This document shows positions 23,625 through 26,571 of a stretch of DNA of 26,571 nucleotides, one piece after another. The notes beneath the pieces are model-generated. The model saw only the letters and a list, made by a program, of their open reading frames with translations. It made no database searches and was not told the origin of the DNA. The stretch lies in assembly GCA_964619425.1 (NCBI GenBank), contig CAZUDS010000001.1:1-26571 (forward strand). The letters run 5' to 3'. Positions within the stretch are counted from its first letter, which is position 1; the number at the start of each line of letters is the position of its first letter. A program made the position numbers and the translations under genes. The DNA comes from an uncultured Candidatus Saccharibacteria bacterium. GTDB taxonomy: Bacteria; Patescibacteriota; Minisyncoccia; Minisyncoccales; CAZUDS01.

Positions 23625-24308
23625 CTACAAAATCGGGCAAATATAATAGTCCAAACCGCTTTTTTGACATTCAATAAGTTGTCCTTGTTCTGTCCTTAAG
23701 CCGATGCTCTGAGCATGAAAGCAATTAAAAAGCAAGGTTCTTTCAAGGTCTCTTTGCGCCAATTTAGTTCCTGTGTTATTGAGTTTATCTTTTAGTTGGT
23801 CTAATTCAGGCGATAATTCTTCTAAAAGAATGCGTCTGGTTTCTTTGACTTCTTCTTCTAAGTTTCTGGCTTTTTCATAAAGTCTGGCAATTTCCCGTTT
23901 TTGGTAATCTGTAAGTCCGCCGGAACAAGGCCCGCCACAACCACCCTTGCCGCAGTCGCATTCAGAATCCATTCCTCTGCCATCTATGTTACCTGTTAGT
24001 ATTAATTCTCCATTAACTCTCTTATAAAATTGCATCCCGCGTTCTCGGCTTAATATCTGAGATATTTGAACAGTTATTTTGTTTATTTCGGAAAAGTCCT
24101 CCTCGGCCTTTGCTAAAAGTTGAATCATTTCATTTTGGATTTCCAAGGCCCGCTTGGGAATTTGACCTAGAGCCAGGACTGGCTGACATTCACCAATTGT
24201 ATCAACCAGAGAAGAGACCTGTTTTTTGGGCCAGACAAAAAATAGCAGACAAAGGAAAATGGTCAGGACTAAAAAGAGGAAAAGATTTTTTTTCCAGAAT
24301 TTATTCAT
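23625..24308 (-). CDS. Secreted/anchored Cys-rich helical-hairpin protein D (unknown family)
   Basis: N-terminal hydrophobic LFLFLVLTIFLCLLFFVW; helix - CDCGKGGCGGPC loop - helix; ends LDYYICPIL; ATG start at 24308 preferred. Confidence 0.8.
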   Translation of the reverse strand: MNKFWKKNLFLFLVLTIFLCLLFFVWPKKQVSSLVDTIGECQPVLALGQIPKRALEIQNEMIQLLAKAEEDFSEINKITVQISQILSRERGMQFYKRVNGELILTGNIDGRGMDSECDCGKGGCGGPCSGGLTDYQKREIARLYEKARNLEEEVKETRRILLEELSPELDQLKDKLNNTGTKLAQRDLERTLLFNCFHAQSIGLRTEQGQLIECQKSGLDYYICPIL

Positions 24309-24382
24309 TTTACTTTGAATGACGAAATAGAAATTACGAGGACTATTACAGCTGTTCACGCTCTTAATTCAATACAAGGTTT

Positions 24383-24424
24383 CCGCTGATTTACGCTGAT
24401 ATAGGTGCTGATTATCGCTGATTA
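24383..24424. repeat. Solitary CGCTGAT decamer arm (4 units)
   Basis: ccgctgattt acgctgatat ag gtgctgatta tcgctgatta; 19 bp identical to 12260-12278. Confidence 0.85.
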
Positions 24425-24447
24425 TTGTATTTTGTAATTAAAGGATT

Positions 24448-25458
24448 TTAGTCGCCAAAACAATAAAAATATAACGGATTTCTATTACCTATATTAAAAT
24501 GGTCCAAAAAATCTTTTTGCTCTGCCTGGCTATTAATTAAAACATCTTTGCCTCCTTCTAACAAGCAATTACTTAAAATTCTCAGGTCTCGTATTAATTT
24601 TTTGGCTTGTTCTGAGGCGACTGTTTCGGCTATTATTTGCTCAAGTCCAGGCAGAGGTGTTTGGGTGTTGAAGTCCGTTTCTAAAACAATGGCCGGGACA
24701 GTAGGCCAGCGGCAGGATACTGGTGTTGGAGTACCACCAGGGCAAGGGTTACATCTTATGTCGACTGGTCGCCTACAGACTGTGCTGGCATCAGAGCAAT
24801 CTATTGCTTGATGAGGGCCTAGAATCCTTGGTTGGTCTGGTTCTCCTGGAGGCGGTGGTGTGTCATCTTGGTGTCCTTGTCGCCCCGGTTGCTCTAAGGT
24901 TTCAAGCAATCCTAATGTCGCCCGGATTCTTCCAGGCAAGTCAAGCGCCTCAAATTCAAAGATTTTTTCCCTTAAGAAATTAATTGTGTTATCAGTGTTT
25001 TGTTCAAAAGTGGTCAGTTGAGTATAGGACTTTGGCATTACTGGCTCAATTTCAACTCTAATTATTGGAGGGAGTTCCGGCGCTTCTTCTCTTAACTCAA
25101 CCCCGGGAACAGTAAGTTTAGGGTCAATGGTTCTGAGAATAATATAGGAAGAGAACAAGAGCAAAAGACCCAAAAAACAAGAAATCATTCTTTGCCTTGC
25201 CTCTGACATTATTTTAGGGTTGCCAAACGAGGTGAGATACAGAAAGCCGGCATAGATTAGCATGGCCAGGGCTATAAGGGCGCCGACAAATAAAAAGAAA
25301 TGATAAATATAGACAGCAAGTTCTTCAAGAGAAACGCCTATCCCAGGAGTGACGACTCCCGGAATGTCCGGCCATTCTATCTCTAATTCGCGACCAAAGA
25401 TAAAAGCCGGCAAAAACAGGAATAAAATCATTAAGAGTAAAGGGATTAGTTTTTTCAT
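24448..25458 (-). CDS. VirB2/TrbC-like pilin C fused to a Cys/Pro-rich helical passenger
   Basis: MKKLIPLLLMILFLF signal; LIYAGFLYLTSFGNPKIMSEARQRMISCFLGLLLLFSSYIILRTIDP; ends LYFYCFGD; the ATG at 25458 overlaps the upstream TGA (ATGA). Confidence 0.85.
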   Translation of the reverse strand: MKKLIPLLLMILFLFLPAFIFGRELEIEWPDIPGVVTPGIGVSLEELAVYIYHFFLFVGALIALAMLIYAGFLYLTSFGNPKIMSEARQRMISCFLGLLLLFSSYIILRTIDPKLTVPGVELREEAPELPPIIRVEIEPVMPKSYTQLTTFEQNTDNTINFLREKIFEFEALDLPGRIRATLGLLETLEQPGRQGHQDDTPPPPGEPDQPRILGPHQAIDCSDASTVCRRPVDIRCNPCPGGTPTPVSCRWPTVPAIVLETDFNTQTPLPGLEQIIAETVASEQAKKLIRDLRILSNCLLEGGKDVLINSQAEQKDFLDHFNIGNRNPLYFYCFGD

Positions 25459-25859
25459 GATGAGTGTTTTAATTCTAAATAAATTAATATTGTCCACCAG
25501 GTAAAACTTTCAAAAACAAGAACAGGAATAAACTCAAAAATAACAAGAAGCGGTCTGAGCCATCTCATTTTTTTTGCCCACTTCATCGCCCCAACCAACC
25601 TCTTTCCTGTTTTGGCTGGAACCCTTACGGCCCCAGATCTAAAAAGCATCCAAGCGCCAAAAAACAGAAGAGCGAAGATGTCAATGACAAATGAAATTGC
25701 TAGACCAACTACTGGAATCAAGTCAAAGAAAAATTCTGCCACATCAACAGAAACAGCTGTCGTCATCATAAGTACTCCTTCCGGGCTCCATAAAGCGTTA
25801 ATGCCGCTAATATGCTCCTGCCTGGCGCCTTCCTTTTCTATTGTAGCTGTTTCGGTCAT
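25455..25859 (-). CDS. Small multi-pass membrane protein heading the pilin array
   Basis: Hydrophobic segments with DLIPVVG and EFIPVLVFESFTWWT; translationally coupled to pilin C. Confidence 0.75.
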   Translation of the reverse strand: MTETATIEKEGARQEHISGINALWSPEGVLMMTTAVSVDVAEFFFDLIPVVGLAISFVIDIFALLFFGAWMLFRSGAVRVPAKTGKRLVGAMKWAKKMRWLRPLLVIFEFIPVLVFESFTWWTILIYLELKHSS

Positions 25860-25999
25860 AACGTGTCAAACCATTTAACTATTATAACTGCTTTGGTCAG
25901 ATATTTGATAGATTGACGCATTAAGTCATCTAAAATGTAAGTGAAATGGTATTGTTGGGTCATCTAAAAATACTTTGGGTGTCGCATGTTCAACTTTTT

Positions 26000-26065
26000 A
26001 AATTCCAAATTCCAAGCACCAAATTCCAAATAAATTTCAATATTCAATGACCAAATGACCAAAAC
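26000..26065. repeat. CCAAAT heptamer arm downstream of the four-helix-bundle gene
   Basis: aaattcc aaattcc aagcacc aaattcc...caatgaccaaatgaccaaaac; abuts the stop at 26066; its reverse complement shares 21 exact bp with 9643-9663. Confidence 0.92.
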
Positions 26066-26428
26066 TTATTTAGATTTTTCTATTATTGAAGAAAATATCT
26101 TTTTTAATTCTATTGCCTCTTTTAGAAGTTCTTCGCCTTCTTTTTTGAATTTCTCCTCATCGGTCTCAATTATTAGTCTCAACCAATGAACCGATTCTTT
26201 TGCTTCTTTCCTACATATTTTTATTCTCATTCTAAAGTCCTTTTTGCTAAATGACTCGTTAGCTTCGATGTAATTCGCTCCCACTGAACCCGATGATCTA
26301 ATTACTTGCCTCACATATTCAATGTTACTAATAGTTCTAGACAATTTCTTGCAGAAAAGAGCAACTTTCTTTGCAAATTGGTAGGTTCTTTCTTCTAAAT
26401 CGTATTTATTTCTCGTTGTTTCGGTCAT
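26066..26428 (-). CDS. Four-helix-bundle protein (23S rRNA IVP / bAvd-like family)
   Basis: YDLEERTYQFA, RQVIRSSGSVGANYIEA, SKKDFRMRIKICRKEAKESVHWL, ELLKEAIELKKIFSSI. Confidence 0.95.
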   Translation of the reverse strand: MTETTRNKYDLEERTYQFAKKVALFCKKLSRTISNIEYVRQVIRSSGSVGANYIEANESFSKKDFRMRIKICRKEAKESVHWLRLIIETDEEKFKKEGEELLKEAIELKKIFSSIIEKSK

Positions 26429-26558
26429 TGGAATTTGGTTATTGAATATTATTTGGTATTTGGTGCTTGGTGCTTGGAATTTCTTGTTTCAAAATTTCGG
26501 TCATTGGAATTTGGTTATTGAATATTATTTGGAATTTGGTATTTGGTGCTTGGAATTT
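26418..26558. repeat. Duplicated ATTTGG heptamer arms upstream of the four-helix-bundle gene
   Basis: Arms at 26418-26482 and 26495-26558 share an exact 38-mer (26419-26456 = 26495-26532); the first arm contains the gene's ATG. Confidence 0.92.
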
Positions 26559-26571
26559 GTTTAAAGTTTCG

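Noticed and set aside
25864-25869. TTGACA as the -35 of the pilin operon
   Set aside because: Lies only 4 bp upstream of the start codon, with no room for a -10 element
140-25878. Many short antisense or overlapping ORFs in the track (e.g. 140-460, 5501-6094, 7847-9301 series, 18015-18347, 24548-24983)
   Set aside because: Shadow ORFs opposite or inside well-supported genes, with no independent motifs
26066-26428. Diversity-generating retroelement (Avd-like gene next to variable pilins)
   Set aside because: No reverse transcriptase and no TR/VR pair differing only at adenines seen in the window; pilin similarity lies in scaffolds, not in C-terminal variable repeats
1-26571. tRNA, rRNA, tmRNA, SRP or RNase P RNA genes
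   Set aside because: No cloverleaf or conserved motif found by eye in any intergenic gap; a covariance-model scan would be needed to exclude divergent forms

Overview
A 26.6-kb bacterial chromosomal window in standard genetic code (TGA is used as a stop). It most resembles Patescibacteria/CPR (Parcubacteria-like); this is an inference from gene content, namely a VirB2/TrbC-like pilin array and a compact dnaA-dnaN-DUF721 block without recF/gyrB. The window contains the likely replication-origin region (dciA-like, dnaN, dnaA divergent from rpmH-rnpA-yidD-yidC-jag). Other housekeeping genes are a PBP1A, greA, tsaE, a stand-alone PolA-type 5'-3' exonuclease, a histidine kinase plus a separate membrane sensor, and a tandem HD hydrolase. 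Accessory genes are a REP-associated HUH transposase between two 30-bp palindromes, a GxxExxY gene, a four-helix-bundle gene, and a five-gene tandem array of pilins and Cys-rich helical-hairpin proteins. No rRNA, tRNA, CRISPR array or integrase was found. The most unusual signal is non-coding: almost every intergenic gap, and even the interior of tsaE and the 5'-3' exonuclease, carries palindromic elements. One class consists of inverted arms built from 7-10-bp tandem units. These occur 'full' (around the four-helix-bundle and GxxExxY genes, with the ATG inside one arm and the stop codon at the edge of the other), 'empty' (the same arm junctions around a 19-bp spacer), and as solitary arms. 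This suggests an uncharacterised repeat-armed gene-cassette system. The second highlight is an ~1.8-kb duplicated module [pilin - repeat - secreted Cys-rich hairpin protein - repeat] with conserved scaffolds and highly divergent passenger domains.
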